Below, piece after piece: positions 45,564-57,192 of a stretch of DNA of 64,000 nucleotides. A model generated the notes under the pieces. The model saw only the letters and a list, made by a program, of their open reading frames with translations. It ran no database searches and was not told the DNA's origin. Made by a program: the position numbers and the translations under genes. The number at the start of each line of letters is the position of its first letter. The first letter of the stretch is position 1. The stretch is taken from assembly GCA_963828165.1 (NCBI GenBank), contig CAWHDR010000001.1, forward strand, positions 928,001 to 992,000. Direction: 5' to 3'. The stretch comes from an uncultured Chloroflexia bacterium (GTDB lineage Bacteria > Chloroflexota > Limnocylindria > Limnocylindrales > CSP1-4).

Positions 45564-46973
45564 ATGACCGACCCCGAGCCCGGCACGCGCCTCGAACGCG
45601 ATTCGATGGGCGAGATGCCCGTCCCGGCCGATGCCCTCTACGGCGCATCGACCCAGCGCGCAGTCCTGAACTTCCCGATCTCGGGGCAGCCCTTCCCACC
45701 CGGGTTCATCCGCGCCCTCGCCCTGGTGAAGCTCGCGGCCGCGGAAACGAACGGGGAGCTCGGACTCCTCGAGCCGGACGTCGCGCGGGCGATCGCGACT
45801 GCGGCGGCAGCCGTCGCCGACGGCGACCACGACGCGCAATTCCCGATCGATATCTACCAGACGGGATCGGGAACCTCGACCAACACGAACATGAACGAGG
45901 TCGTGGCGCACCTCGCCTCGAGGCGGCTGGGCGAGGGTCGAAACGTCCACCCGAACGATCACGTCAATCGCTGTCAGAGCTCGAACGACGTGATCCCGAC
46001 CGCGCTTCAGCTCTCGGCGGCGATGGCGATCGAGGAAGCGCTGCTGCCGGCGCTCATCGAGCTGCAGACCGCGCTGGCCGCGAAGGCCGACGAGTTCTGG
46101 CCGGTGGTCAAGACCGGGCGAACCCACCTCCAGGACGCGACGCCGATCCGGCTGGGCCAGGAGTTCCGTGGCTATGCCGGACAGGTCGAGGAAGCCGTGC
46201 GGCGAGCCCTGGCCGCCCAGGCCGAGTTGCTGTCCGTGCCGCTCGGGGGCACGGCCGTCGGGACCGGCATCAACGCCCATCCCGAGTTCGCGGCACGGAC
46301 CTGCCAGCGCCTGGCCGAGCTGACCGGCCTCCCCGTGCGCGAGACCCGGAACCATTTCCACGCCCAGGCCTCGCTCGACGCGGTGATCGCCGCGCACGGC
46401 GCGATCCGGACGATCGCGCTGGGCCTGTGGAAGATCGCCTCGGACGTGCGGCTCATGGGCATGGGCCCGCGCGCCGGCCTCGCGGAGCTGTCGCTGCCTG
46501 AGACCCAGCCGGGTTCGAGCATCATGCCGGGCAAGGTGAACCCAGTCATCGTCGAGTCGCTGACGATGGTGGTGGCGCGGGTCGTCGGCAATGACGCGAC
46601 CGTGGCGTTCGCGCAGACCGGCTCGCTGTTGGAACTCAACGTGATGCTGCCGGTCACGGCGGCCGCGATGCTCGAATCGATCGGTCTGCTGGCCGCCGCC
46701 GCCCGCAACTTCAGCGACCGAACGATCACCGGGCTGACCGCCACGGAGCGCGGTCCGCAGCTGGTCGAGCAGGGATTGATGCTCGCGACGGCGCTCGCGC
46801 CCGTGATCGGCTATGACGACGCTGCGACGCTGGCCAAGGAGGCGTTCAAGTCCGGGCGCACGATCCGGGAGCTGGCCCTGGAGCGCGGCATGAGCTCCGA
46901 GGACCTCGACCGGCTGCTGGATCCGGCCGCGATGACCGAGCCGGGCCTCGACGGCGGACCCGCCGGCGGCTGA
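45564..46973 (+). CDS. fumC: Class II fumarate hydratase
   Basis: ERDSMGE, QTGSGTSTN, GRTHLQDATP, GSSIMPGKVNP. Confidence 0.9.
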   Translation: MTDPEPGTRLERDSMGEMPVPADALYGASTQRAVLNFPISGQPFPPGFIRALALVKLAAAETNGELGLLEPDVARAIATAAAAVADGDHDAQFPIDIYQTGSGTSTNTNMNEVVAHLASRRLGEGRNVHPNDHVNRCQSSNDVIPTALQLSAAMAIEEALLPALIELQTALAAKADEFWPVVKTGRTHLQDATPIRLGQEFRGYAGQVEEAVRRALAAQAELLSVPLGGTAVGTGINAHPEFAARTCQRLAELTGLPVRETRNHFHAQASLDAVIAAHGAIRTIALGLWKIASDVRLMGMGPRAGLAELSLPETQPGSSIMPGKVNPVIVESLTMVVARVVGNDATVAFAQTGSLLELNVMLPVTAAAMLESIGLLAAAARNFSDRTITGLTATERGPQLVEQGLMLATALAPVIGYDDAATLAKEAFKSGRTIRELALERGMSSEDLDRLLDPAAMTEPGLDGGPAGG

Positions 46974-47096
46974 CCCTCACGGGGAGGGACCGACCGGACC
47001 TTCCGCGGCTGGTTGGAACGGTCCTGGCGCCAAGCGCGGGGCACGAGCGCCGCGGAACCGATCCCATGGGCGGCCCGACCGGTACAATCCGGCGCG

Positions 47097-47876
47097 ATGA
47101 CCGACACGCGACTCTGGGACCGCGCGGCCCTGACCGTCCAGTCCGGGGAGCGCCGCCTTCCGGCGGTCGCGTCGCTGCCCGCGACGCTGCCGACGCCGGC
47201 GATGCTCTTCGACTTCATGCGCGATGCGGAGCTGCGTTTCGCGACCCTGCGGATGCGCATCCTGGAGCGCACGACCACGACGCGCGGCGAGGACGCTGTC
47301 CAGATGGACGTCCTGGTCCGCCACCCGGCGCACGCGAAGGTGACGACCAGCCGCCCGGGCAAGGTGCTGGGCCACGACTACGAGGTCTGGATCTCGGACG
47401 GTGACCTCGTTCGGACGTACGCAGCCGCCCACAAGCTCGGCACGCAGCGCCCGATGCGGAACCGGCCCCGGGGCCTCGGCGACAAAGATTTTCCAGGCAT
47501 GTCGCGCGTCTACGAACCGGTCACCGCGTTGCCGATGGAGACCCTGCCCGACACGTTCGTCCATCCCGGCGGCTACTGCCAGAACGTGCTCGCCACGGGC
47601 CGCTGCACGGTCACCGGCACGGCGCTCGTCGCGCAGCGGGAGGCGATCCTGCTCGAATGCGACCATCCGCGCACCATCGAAGTCGCCGCGGACCGGCCCG
47701 ACTTCAAGATCTCCATCGCGGTCGATCGCCAACTCGGCGTGATCCTGCGTCTGGTCGAGACGATCGGCGGAGGGACGAGCCGCGACGCCGAGGTGACGGA
47801 CATCGGTCCGGACGCGCCGCTGCCGCCTGGTGCCTTCGACTTCGTCTTCCCCACCGGGACGACGATGCTCTACTGA
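47097..47876 (+). CDS. Hypothetical protein, LolA/RseB-like beta fold (inferred)
   Basis: VWISDG...IAVDRQLGVILRL...PLPPGAFDFVFPTG pattern. Confidence 0.55.
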   Translation: MTDTRLWDRAALTVQSGERRLPAVASLPATLPTPAMLFDFMRDAELRFATLRMRILERTTTTRGEDAVQMDVLVRHPAHAKVTTSRPGKVLGHDYEVWISDGDLVRTYAAAHKLGTQRPMRNRPRGLGDKDFPGMSRVYEPVTALPMETLPDTFVHPGGYCQNVLATGRCTVTGTALVAQREAILLECDHPRTIEVAADRPDFKISIAVDRQLGVILRLVETIGGGTSRDAEVTDIGPDAPLPPGAFDFVFPTGTTMLY

Positions 47877-48211
47877 CCGGACGGGTCTTCCCGCGCCGAG
47901 AAGCGGCGCGTATAGTCCGGCCATCGTGTCAGGGTCGGGTGACCGACCCGGGGCGTTCAGACGCCGAGGACACGCGGAAGGAGGGCCAGCGAGCGACCCC
48001 GCGCCGTCGACCCGTCGACCCGTCGGCCCCACGGCGCCACCCGCGGCCATGCCGCTCCCCGTCACGCGTCATCCACGCGATCCCCGCGTCCCGCGCGGCG
48101 CCCCGCCTCAGGGCTGCTGCCGCGCACGGTCCGACATCGAGGGAACGTCGGACCCGAGGCGCCCGTCGGCCACCCCGACCGACGGTTCCGCCGTTGTGAG
48201 GGAGGTTCTCG

Positions 48212-49861
48212 ATGACCCAGGCACGTTCGCGCGACGACGTCATCAAGCAGGACGTCGCCGACCTGCATTCGCTCGGCTACGCGCAGGAGCTGTTCCGCTC
48301 GATGGGCGGTTTCAGCAACTTCGCGATCAGCTTCTCGATCATCAGCATCCTGACCGGCGCGGTCATCCTCTACGACTACGGCCTCGCCTGGGCGGGCAAG
48401 GCCGCGGTGACGCTCGGCTGGCCGCTGATCACGATCTTCGTGCTTGCCATCGCCGCGGCGATGGCCGAGATCGCCTCTGCCTACCCCACGGCCGGCGGCC
48501 TGTACTACTGGGCCAGCCGGATGAAGAACAAGAACTGGGGCTGGTGGACCGCGTGGCTGAACCTGATCGGCCAGTTCGCCATCGTCGCGGGCATCAACTA
48601 CGCGGCTGCGGGCTTCATCAACGCGACGATCATCGAGCGCCTGACCGCTCCAACGTTCGCGAACACGACGGAGATCATCCCGGGGATCCTCAATGGCCAA
48701 CTCGTGACCATGGGCATCCTCATGCTCATCCAGCTGGTGATGAACATCCGGGGGATCAACCTCGTCGCGATGCTCAACCAGGTCAGCGTCTGGTGGCACA
48801 TCGTCATCGTCGCGGCCGTCGTCCTGCTCATCTTCGTGACCGGCAAACCGGACGAGTCCGGTCTGCCGCTGTTCGGGATCCAGCCGTTGGATACGGCCGG
48901 AAGCTGGGACAACAATCTGGGTGTGGTCCATCTGACCTACGGCCCGGCCATCTCGTACCCGATCGTGCTGGCCTTCTTCTTCTCGCTCCTCCAGGCGAAC
49001 TGGACCTACACGGGCTACGACGCCTCGGCGCACGTCGCCGAGGAGACCGTCGGTGCCCGGGTCGCCAGCGCGTGGGGACTCTTCCTGTCAGTGGCGGTCA
49101 GTGCGGTCGTCGGATTCATCTTCCTGCTCGCGCTGTCCACGCACCTGCCGGACCTGTCGGCGCTCTTCCCGGCATCGCTGGACGACGCCGCGACCTACAG
49201 CCAGTACTACTTCGGTGGCGGCGTGGCGGTCATCGAGATCCTGCGCTACAACCTCGGCCAGCTCGGCGACGTCCTTTCGGCAGGCATCGCCATCGCCATG
49301 GCGTTCTGCGGGCTTTCGTCGGTCGCGTCGGCGGGCCGCATGCTGTACGCGTTCAGCCGCGACGACGGGCTGCCCGGCTCGGGCTGGCTCAAGAAGGTGT
49401 CCCACACCTATCGAACCCCGGCGAATTCGCTGATCGCGATCGTCGTGATCTCGTGGCTGTTCACGGTCGCCGCGTTCATCGTCGGGACCGGGACTGCCAT
49501 CGTGATCGTCACGGCGATCAGCACGATCTTCCTGTACGCGGCGTATGGGATCTGCATCTACCTGGGCGCGACGACCGAAGAATGGATGAAGGAGCGCGTC
49601 TGGAGCCTCGGTCGGTGGTCGAAGCCGATCGCCTGGATCGCCATCGCCTGGGTGATCGTGCTCATGGTCCTCTTCAGCTTCCCGACATCGGGCAACATCA
49701 GCTGGCCGTTCATGGTGGTGACGGTCCTGTTCCTGCTCGTCTATTACTTCGCGTCGGCACGTCGCACGTTCAAGGGCCCGAAGTCCATGGGCGACGCCGC
49801 CGAATTGACGGAGATCGAGCGGGAGTTCTCGCACGAAGCCGAGAAGCTCAGCACCACTTGA
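48212..49861 (+). CDS. APC-family amino acid/amine permease
   Basis: FSNFAISFSIISI, AEIASAYPTAGGLY, GYDASAHVAEET, RMLYAFSRD. Confidence 0.92.
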   Translation: MTQARSRDDVIKQDVADLHSLGYAQELFRSMGGFSNFAISFSIISILTGAVILYDYGLAWAGKAAVTLGWPLITIFVLAIAAAMAEIASAYPTAGGLYYWASRMKNKNWGWWTAWLNLIGQFAIVAGINYAAAGFINATIIERLTAPTFANTTEIIPGILNGQLVTMGILMLIQLVMNIRGINLVAMLNQVSVWWHIVIVAAVVLLIFVTGKPDESGLPLFGIQPLDTAGSWDNNLGVVHLTYGPAISYPIVLAFFFSLLQANWTYTGYDASAHVAEETVGARVASAWGLFLSVAVSAVVGFIFLLALSTHLPDLSALFPASLDDAATYSQYYFGGGVAVIEILRYNLGQLGDVLSAGIAIAMAFCGLSSVASAGRMLYAFSRDDGLPGSGWLKKVSHTYRTPANSLIAIVVISWLFTVAAFIVGTGTAIVIVTAISTIFLYAAYGICIYLGATTEEWMKERVWSLGRWSKPIAWIAIAWVIVLMVLFSFPTSGNISWPFMVVTVLFLLVYYFASARRTFKGPKSMGDAAELTEIEREFSHEAEKLSTT

Positions 49862-49888
49862 CCTCTCGCCGATCGATCATGCGCAAAT

Positions 49889-49915
49889 GACCCGGCCGGT
49901 CTCGCCGGCCGGGTC
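49889..49915 (+). terminator. GC-rich hairpin between the permease and the GS-family gene
   Basis: GACCCGGCCGG-tctcg-CCGGCCGGGTC; no clear U-tract. Confidence 0.45.
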
Positions 49916-49942
49916 GACCTACCTACCCCAGCGGAGTCCCCC

Positions 49943-51343
49943 ATGACCGACCACGGCCACGCGACCAAGCATCCACGCCTGGCGGAGCTCGAGGGCATGG
50001 TCCGCGACGGGCGGATCGACACGATCGTCGTGGCCTTCACCGACATGCAGGGCCGGCTCATGGGCAAACGCGTCCAGGGCCAGGCCTTCCTCGACGGGGT
50101 CATCTCCCACGGCGCTCACTTCTGCACGTACCTGCTCGGTACGGACATGGAGATGAACACGCCTGACGGCTTCAAGCTCATGAACTGGGAGACCGGCTAC
50201 GGGGACTGGATCGCCGAGCCCATCTGGGACCAGCTCCGGATCCTCCCCTGGCTGCCCGGGACGGCCATGGTCCTCGCCGACACGATCGACGAGGAGACCG
50301 GGGACGAGATTCCCGTCTCACCGCGCACGATCCTCAAGCGCCAGGTGACGCGCGCCGCCGATGCCGGCTACGCGATCAAGGCTGGCTCGGAGTTCGAGTT
50401 CTACGTCCTCAAGGATTCCTGGGAGGATCTCGCCGAACGCGGTTGGCCGGTCCCCAGGCCGTTCGGCCACTACAACGAGGACTACCACCTGCTCCAGGCG
50501 ACCAAGGCGGAGCCCCTCCATCGGCTGCTGCGCAATCAGATGACCGAGGCGAATGTCCCGATCGAGTTCAGCAAGGGCGAGGCGGCCAACGGCCAGCACG
50601 AGGTCAACATCCGCTACGACCACGTCCTCGAGTCGGCCGATCGGAGCGTGGTCTTCAAGCACGGGGCCAAGGAGATCGCCTACCTGAACGGCTGGGGAAT
50701 CACGTTCATGGCGAAACCCGACCATCGCTGGACGGGTTCGTCCGGGCACCTGCACATGAGCGTCTGGGATGTCGTCAAGGACGTGCCGCTGATGCACGCG
50801 ACCGGCCGCGAGAAGGCGGGACCTTACGGCCTATCGAAGGTGGGCCAGCAGTTCATGGCCGGGATGATGACGCTGTCCCGCGAACTCGCCGTGTTCGTCG
50901 CGCCGTTCATCAACTCCTACAAGCGCTACGCGTCGCTGTCATGGGCGCCAGTGAACGTGGTGTGGGGCCGTGACAACCGGACGACGGGCTTCCGGCTCGT
51001 CGGCCGCGGCCCGGCGCTGCATGTCGAGAATCGCTTCCCGGGTGGCGACATGAACGCCTACCTCACCTACGCCGCGATGATCGGCGCCGGTCTGTACGGC
51101 ATCGAGCACGGCCTGAAGCTCGAGCCCGAATTCAAGGGCAACGGCTACCTCGCAACGGGCCATCCCCGGATGCCGCGCGCCCTGTACGAGGCGATCGGGG
51201 AGCTGGAACGCTCCGAGGCCGCCCGCGCGATCTTCGGCGAGGACGTCGTGGACCACTATCTCAACGCCGCCCGCGTGGAACAGGAGACGTACGACGCGAT
51301 GGTCCACCCGTGGGACCGTGAGCGCTACCTCGAGCGCGGCTGA
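49943..51343 (+). CDS. Glutamine synthetase family gamma-glutamyl-amine ligase (GlnA4-like)
   Basis: IDTIVVAFTDMQGRLMGKR, WETGYGD, GQHEV, FMAKP..GSSGHLH, WGRDNRT, ENRFPGGD. Confidence 0.85.
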   Translation: MTDHGHATKHPRLAELEGMVRDGRIDTIVVAFTDMQGRLMGKRVQGQAFLDGVISHGAHFCTYLLGTDMEMNTPDGFKLMNWETGYGDWIAEPIWDQLRILPWLPGTAMVLADTIDEETGDEIPVSPRTILKRQVTRAADAGYAIKAGSEFEFYVLKDSWEDLAERGWPVPRPFGHYNEDYHLLQATKAEPLHRLLRNQMTEANVPIEFSKGEAANGQHEVNIRYDHVLESADRSVVFKHGAKEIAYLNGWGITFMAKPDHRWTGSSGHLHMSVWDVVKDVPLMHATGREKAGPYGLSKVGQQFMAGMMTLSRELAVFVAPFINSYKRYASLSWAPVNVVWGRDNRTTGFRLVGRGPALHVENRFPGGDMNAYLTYAAMIGAGLYGIEHGLKLEPEFKGNGYLATGHPRMPRALYEAIGELERSEAARAIFGEDVVDHYLNAARVEQETYDAMVHPWDRERYLERG

Positions 51344-51416
51344 GGGTCGGCGGACCGCGCTGCTATCCTCCCCCCGTCCCCGCACGTCGCGAGTGTGATC
51401 GGCGTGTGGCCCCGAG

Positions 51417-54400
51417 GTGACATTGGCCCGACGCGCGCGCCCTGAGACCACGTCCGCCGCACCCGAGGGCTCGGACGAGGCCGTCCTGAGGAAACGCGTC
51501 GCTGAGCTCGAGACGCGCGACGCGGAGCGAGCCGACGCGGAGCGCCTCCAGGACGCTCTCTACCGGATCGCCGAAGCCGCCAGCGCGGCACCCGACCTGG
51601 ACGACTTCTACCGGGTGATGCACGGCATCGTCGGGGAGCTCATGGATGCGCGGAATTTCTATATCGCCCTCTATGACGCCGACCGCAGTACGATCAACTT
51701 CCCGTACTACGTCGATACTGTCGATCAGGACCTCCCCAATCCCGATGCCTGGGAACCGTTCGGTGCAGGCAACGCCCGTGGGCTGACCGCTTACGTCCTG
51801 CGAACCGGTGAGCCGGCCCTCGTGACGCGCGAGCGCTGGGAGCGATTGGTCGAGGAAGGGCAGATCGACATGATCGGCGAGGCCGGCGAGGACTGGCTCG
51901 GCGTTCCGCTGCATTGGGACGGCAACGTCATCGGGATCGTCGTCGTGCAGACGTACGACGAGGGTCTCCACTACCGCGAGCAGGATGCCGACCTGCTGAC
52001 GTACGTAGGTCGGCACATCGCGGCTGCCTTGGCTCGAGCGCGGGCGATCGAGGAAACACGCCAGCGCAACGCCGAACTGACCCTCGTGAACGAGATCGGG
52101 CAGGCGCTCGCCGCGCAGCTCGAGTTCGACGCGATCATCGACATCGTCGGCGAGCGCATCCGATCGATCTTCGACGTCCACGCGATGTTCATCGCGTTGT
52201 ACGACACGGCGACCGACACGATCGCCTTCCCATACGACATCGATGCTGGAGAGCGCTTCGTGCGCACCAGCTTCCCGCTAGGGCCGGGCATGACCTCGAC
52301 GGTGATCCGGACGAAGCGGCCGCTACGCGTCGGCTCCTTGCAGCAACAGATCGCCCTGGGCGCGATCGAGGTCGGGGGTACGCCAACGCAATCCTGGCTC
52401 GGCGTGCCGATCCTGTCCGGCGAGCGCGTCATCGGCGTCGTCGGGCTGGAGGCCGTGCGCGCCTTTGCCTTCAGCGAGTCGGACGAGCGGCTGCTCACGA
52501 CCCTCGCGTCGAGCATGGGCGTCGCGCTCGACAACGCCCGGCTGCTCGGCGAGACGAAGCGACTGCTCGCCGAGACGGATGAGCGCGCCGCCGAGTTGGC
52601 GATCATCAACGGCGTCCAGCAGGGACTCGCGGCCGAGCTCGATCTCCAGGCGATGTACGAGCTCGTGGGCGACAAGATCCAGGAGATCTTCGACGCGCAG
52701 GTCGTCGACATCGGCATCTACGATCTCGACGCCGGCGTCATCCACTACCCGTACGCGATCGAGCGCGGCGTCCGCTACCCGGACGAACCCGTGCCGATCA
52801 CCGAGGTGAGCCGCGCCCAGATCGCGGCGGGTAAGCCGGTGCTCATCAACGACGTCCCGGCCTGGCAGCTCGAGCAAGGACATGAGATGGCGGTCGTCCA
52901 GGGTGAGCCGTCCCTTTCGATGCTCACCGCGCCACTCACCGCCGGTGGCGCCGTGCGCGGACGGATCGGCCTCCAGAACCTCGACCACACGGATGCGTTC
53001 TCCGATGCGGATGTGCGACTCCTGACCACCATCGCGGCGAGCCTCAGCGTCGCGCTCGAGAATGCGCGGCTGTTCGGGGAGACGCGGCGGCAGGCGGCCG
53101 AGCTCGCGATCGTCAACCGCGTCGGCCAGGCGTTGAGTGCGCAGCTCGACCTCGACGCCCTGATCGACCTCGTGGGCGAGCAGATGCGCGAGACGTTCGC
53201 GGCGGACATCGTCTACGTCGCGCTGCTGGATGTGGACGCCGGAGAGATCCAGTTCCCGTATTACTCCGAGGACGGCACCTCCCAGCTTCAGCCGGCGCTC
53301 CCCTACGGCACGGGCTTGACCTCACGGATCGTGCGCGACCGAGCGCCGCTCCTCCTGCGCCACCCAGCGGAGTGGGAGGCTCTGGGCGACCGCGGGATCG
53401 GGACCCAGGCGATGACCTACCTTGGCGTCCCGATCCTCCAGGGCGAGGCGGCGATCGGCGTCATCAGTGTCCAGAGCACCACGCAGGAGGGCCGCTTCGG
53501 CGATGAGGACGTCCGCCTGCTCTCGACGCTCGCGGCGAGTGTCGGGTCCGCGATCTCGAACGCTCGGCTGTACGAGGAGACGCGCCGGCGCGCGCGCGAG
53601 ATGGCGGCGCTCGCCGAGGTCGGTCGCGAGATCTCCGCGAACCTGGACCTGACAGCGGTCCTGCAGCAGATCGTGGAACTTGCGCAGTCGTTGCTCGGCG
53701 TCGATTCGACGGCCCTGTTCCTGGCCCAACCGGATGGCAAGACCCTCAAGGCGATCGTCGCGATCGGCGCCCTCGCCGAACCCGTCCTCAACGATTCGAT
53801 CGAGGTCGGCGAGGGGATCATCGGCGACATCGTGCTCCGCCGCACTGCCGAGGTCATCAACGACGTCAATGCCGACGGCCGCAGCGTCGAGATCCCGGGC
53901 ACCGACCCCGACATCGAGGAGCGGCTGATGGTCGCTTCGCTGGTGGCCCGTGACCAGGTCGTGGGCGGGTTCGCCGCCTGGCGGAGCATGCCGAGCCGGC
54001 AGTTCACGGACAGCGACCTCGACCTGCTCGTCGGCATGTCACAGCAGGCCGCGATCGCCATCGACAATGCTCGCCTGTTCCGCGAGGGCGAGGCAGCCCG
54101 CGAGGCGGCCGAGGACGCGGACCGCGCAAAGAGCACGTTCCTCGCGGCCATGAGCCATGAGATCCGCACGCCGATGAACGCGGTCATCGGCATGAGCGGC
54201 CTGCTGCTCGACACCACGCTCGATGACGAGCAACGCGACTACGCCGAGACGATCCGCACCTCGGGCGACGCGCTGCTGACGATCATCAACGACATTCTCG
54301 ATTTCTCGAAGATCGAGGCCGGCAGGGTCGAGCTCGACCACCGTCCCTTCGCCCTCGCTCCGTGCATCGAGGGAGCGATCGATGTCCTCGCGCCGACCGC

Positions 54401-55694
54401 AGCGGCGAAGCAACTCGAGCTCGTCTACACCATCGCCGAGGACCTGCCGCGCGCGATCCTGGGCGATGAAGGACGGCTCCGCCAGATCGTGCTCAACCTG
54501 CTGTCGAACGCAGTGAAGTTCACGGAGGCGGGTGAGGTCGAGCTCGCGGTCACCGGCCAGCCGCTCGATCCCGCAGCGCCGGATGCACGCTGGCGGTTCA
54601 CGGTGGAGGTCCGCGACACGGGCATCGGGATCCCGGCGGACCGGGTCGGACAGCTCTTCCAGTCGTTCAGCCAGGCCGATGCCTCGATCAGCCGTCGCTA
54701 CGGTGGGACGGGACTCGGTCTGGCCATCAGCCGCCGACTCGCGGAACTGATGGACGGCTCGATCACGGCGCAGAGCGCCGGCGTGGCCGGGCGGGGCAGT
54801 ACCTTCCGGCTGACGTTCGGCGCCGACGTGGATGAGTCGACCCCGGCGCCAGGACCGGCGATCGACTACGACCTCGACGGGCGTCACGTGCTCGTCGTCG
54901 ACGACAACGCGGCCAATCGCCGGATCTTGGTGACCCTGCTGGGGCGCTGGGGGATGACCTCCGAAGCCACCGCGTCCCCACGCGAGGCGCTCGGGTGGGT
55001 AACGGCCGGCCGGCGGTTCGACCTCGCCCTGCTCGACCTCCATATGCCCGAGCTCGATGGCCTGAGCCTGGCCACCGCCATCCGGTCCTCGGGTGGGGGC
55101 GCGGAGACACCGATCCTGATCCTTTCCTCGCTGGGCGTGCACGACCGCACCAACGACGCCGTCGCCGCGTACCTGGTCAAGCCGGTGAAGCCGTCTGCGC
55201 TCCACGATTCGCTCGCCACCGTGCTGGCTGGTCAGGCGAGCGCCGTGCCGGTCCGCGTTGCAACGACCGGGATCGATCACGACCTGGGGGCGCGCCATCC
55301 CCTGCGCATCCTGCTGGCCGAGGACAATCCGGTGAACCGCAAGATCGCGCTGCGCCTGCTCGATCGGATGGGCTACGCCGCCGACGTCGCCGGCAACGGG
55401 CTCGAGGCGATCGCCGCCGTGGAGGGCGCCCGCTATGACGTCGTCCTCATGGACATCCAGATGCCGGAGCTCGACGGCCTCGAGGCGACCCGGCGGATCC
55501 GACAGCGGTGGCCCGACGGCAGCGGCCCCCGGATCGTGGCGATGACCGCGAACGCCATGGAAGGGGACCGCGAGGCGTGCATCGCGGCGGGCATGGATGA
55601 CTACATCTCCAAGCCGATCAGGCCGGAGGCACTCGCGGCAGCCCTCACGGCGGCAGCACTGAGCGCCACGGCGCAGGCCGGGGGCGCCCCGTGA
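51417..55694 (+). CDS. Hybrid sensor histidine kinase: 5 GAF + HisKA + HATPase + 2 REC
   Basis: Repeated WLGVP...F..D..LL...A.A.DNARL units; SHEIRTPMN; N/G boxes; two receiver domains. Confidence 0.93.
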   Translation: MTLARRARPETTSAAPEGSDEAVLRKRVAELETRDAERADAERLQDALYRIAEAASAAPDLDDFYRVMHGIVGELMDARNFYIALYDADRSTINFPYYVDTVDQDLPNPDAWEPFGAGNARGLTAYVLRTGEPALVTRERWERLVEEGQIDMIGEAGEDWLGVPLHWDGNVIGIVVVQTYDEGLHYREQDADLLTYVGRHIAAALARARAIEETRQRNAELTLVNEIGQALAAQLEFDAIIDIVGERIRSIFDVHAMFIALYDTATDTIAFPYDIDAGERFVRTSFPLGPGMTSTVIRTKRPLRVGSLQQQIALGAIEVGGTPTQSWLGVPILSGERVIGVVGLEAVRAFAFSESDERLLTTLASSMGVALDNARLLGETKRLLAETDERAAELAIINGVQQGLAAELDLQAMYELVGDKIQEIFDAQVVDIGIYDLDAGVIHYPYAIERGVRYPDEPVPITEVSRAQIAAGKPVLINDVPAWQLEQGHEMAVVQGEPSLSMLTAPLTAGGAVRGRIGLQNLDHTDAFSDADVRLLTTIAASLSVALENARLFGETRRQAAELAIVNRVGQALSAQLDLDALIDLVGEQMRETFAADIVYVALLDVDAGEIQFPYYSEDGTSQLQPALPYGTGLTSRIVRDRAPLLLRHPAEWEALGDRGIGTQAMTYLGVPILQGEAAIGVISVQSTTQEGRFGDEDVRLLSTLAASVGSAISNARLYEETRRRAREMAALAEVGREISANLDLTAVLQQIVELAQSLLGVDSTALFLAQPDGKTLKAIVAIGALAEPVLNDSIEVGEGIIGDIVLRRTAEVINDVNADGRSVEIPGTDPDIEERLMVASLVARDQVVGGFAAWRSMPSRQFTDSDLDLLVGMSQQAAIAIDNARLFREGEAAREAAEDADRAKSTFLAAMSHEIRTPMNAVIGMSGLLLDTTLDDEQRDYAETIRTSGDALLTIINDILDFSKIEAGRVELDHRPFALAPCIEGAIDVLAPTAAAKQLELVYTIAEDLPRAILGDEGRLRQIVLNLLSNAVKFTEAGEVELAVTGQPLDPAAPDARWRFTVEVRDTGIGIPADRVGQLFQSFSQADASISRRYGGTGLGLAISRRLAELMDGSITAQSAGVAGRGSTFRLTFGADVDESTPAPGPAIDYDLDGRHVLVVDDNAANRRILVTLLGRWGMTSEATASPREALGWVTAGRRFDLALLDLHMPELDGLSLATAIRSSGGGAETPILILSSLGVHDRTNDAVAAYLVKPVKPSALHDSLATVLAGQASAVPVRVATTGIDHDLGARHPLRILLAEDNPVNRKIALRLLDRMGYAADVAGNGLEAIAAVEGARYDVVLMDIQMPELDGLEATRRIRQRWPDGSGPRIVAMTANAMEGDREACIAAGMDDYISKPIRPEALAAALTAAALSATAQAGGAP

Positions 55695-56797
55695 ACGGCG
55701 GCCGCGTCCTGGTCGTCGACGACACGCCATTCAACCGGCGACTATTGGTCCGACTCCTCGCAGACATCGGGCATTCGACGGTCGAGGCAGCGGACGGTCG
55801 CGCGGCACTCGCCGTGCTGCGCGACGACCGAGCAGAGCCGGTGGATGTGGTCCTGCTGGACATCGTCATGCCGGTGATGGACGGCTACGAGACGCTGGCG
55901 AATCTCAAGGCCGACGACGCGCTCCGGGACCTTCCGGTCATCGTGATCTCGGGGGTCGATGAGCTCGACAGCGTCGTGCGCTGCATCCAGATGGGGGCTG
56001 CCGACTATCTGCCCAAGACCGTCGCACCCGAGATCCTCCGGGCGAGGATCGAGGCCTCGATGAGCCAGAAGCGATTCCGCGACCTCGAACGCGCCACGGT
56101 CGACGAACAGCGACGCCTCCTGGCAACGATCGATCGCCAACGGTCCGAACTCTCCCGGTTCCTGTCGCCGCAGGTGGCGGCGCTGGTCTCCAGCGAGGAC
56201 GGTGAGGCCATGCTGGCGGGGCATAGGCGCGAGATCACCGCGATGTTCTGCGACCTGCGCAACTTCACGTCCTTTTCCGAGACCGCCGAACCGGAAGAGG
56301 TCCTGGGGTTCCTGCGCGCCTATCACGCGGCGATGGGGCGACTCATCGTCGAGCACGAGGGGACGCTCGAGCACTTCGCCGGCGATGGATTCATGACCTT
56401 CTTCAACGATCCGGTCCTCCAGCCCGACCACGCCGCCCGCGCCGTCGGGCTCGCGGTGGCAATGCGCGAACGATTCGCGGAGATCGCCAGCGACTGGCGG
56501 AAACGCGGTCATGTGCTCGAGATCGGCATCGGGATCGCCACCGGCTACGCGACGCTCGGTCGGATCGGGTTCGAGGGACGCTACGACTACGGGGCCATCG
56601 GCCAGGCCATCATCCTGGCGGCACGCCTCAGCGGCGAGGCTGGCCCGGCGGAGATCCTCATCGCGCCGCGGACGTATGCCGCCGCCGAGGACGCGATCGT
56701 GGCGGCGGCAGCGGGCGAGCGACAGTTGAAGGGCTTCAGCCGGCCGGTCGAGGTGTACGCCGTGTCCGGCATGGCGACCGCCGAGGTGGGCACGTGA
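55691..56797 (+). CDS. Response regulator with a class III nucleotide cyclase domain
   Basis: REC (VVDD, LLDIVMP); [18 protein letters not shown]. Confidence 0.88.
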   Translation: MNGGRVLVVDDTPFNRRLLVRLLADIGHSTVEAADGRAALAVLRDDRAEPVDVVLLDIVMPVMDGYETLANLKADDALRDLPVIVISGVDELDSVVRCIQMGAADYLPKTVAPEILRARIEASMSQKRFRDLERATVDEQRRLLATIDRQRSELSRFLSPQVAALVSSEDGEAMLAGHRREITAMFCDLRNFTSFSETAEPEEVLGFLRAYHAAMGRLIVEHEGTLEHFAGDGFMTFFNDPVLQPDHAARAVGLAVAMRERFAEIASDWRKRGHVLEIGIGIATGYATLGRIGFEGRYDYGAIGQAIILAARLSGEAGPAEILIAPRTYAAAEDAIVAAAAGERQLKGFSRPVEVYAVSGMATAEVGT

Positions 56798-57150
56798 CCC
56801 TTCCGACCTTCGACCAGGCGGCGTTCGACCACCTCCTGGAGATCACTGGCAACGACCTCGAGTTCGTCGATGAGCTCATCGACACGTACCTCGCCGATGC
56901 GTCCCTCCAGCTCGAGGCGATGCAGGCCGCGGCATCGTCAGGAGATGCTGCGGCTCTGGTCCGTCCGGCCCACTCACTCAAGTCGAGCAGCGCCAACGTG
57001 GGGGCGATGGCCCTCGCCGACATCTGCCGGGCCCTCGAGGTGGCCGCCCGGAACGGCGACGTGCCGGATGCACAGGAACGGGTGGCGGACTGCGATCAGG
57101 CCTTTGCCGATGCAAGAGCGGCGCTCCTGGCGGCTCGCGCAGCGCGCTGA
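56794..57150 (+). CDS. Hpt phosphotransfer protein
   Basis: AHSLKSSSANVGA. Confidence 0.9.
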   Translation: MTLPTFDQAAFDHLLEITGNDLEFVDELIDTYLADASLQLEAMQAAASSGDAAALVRPAHSLKSSSANVGAMALADICRALEVAARNGDVPDAQERVADCDQAFADARAALLAARAAR

Positions 57151-57192
57151 CGCGCCGGGCGCGGTTACGACCGGCTGGCGTCGTCGCGGCCT

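Noticed and set aside
51413-51440. GTGACATTGGC at the kinase start codon matching the array site in reverse
   Set aside because: Only 11 nt match, the other arm is absent, and it lies within a core gene start; probably chance
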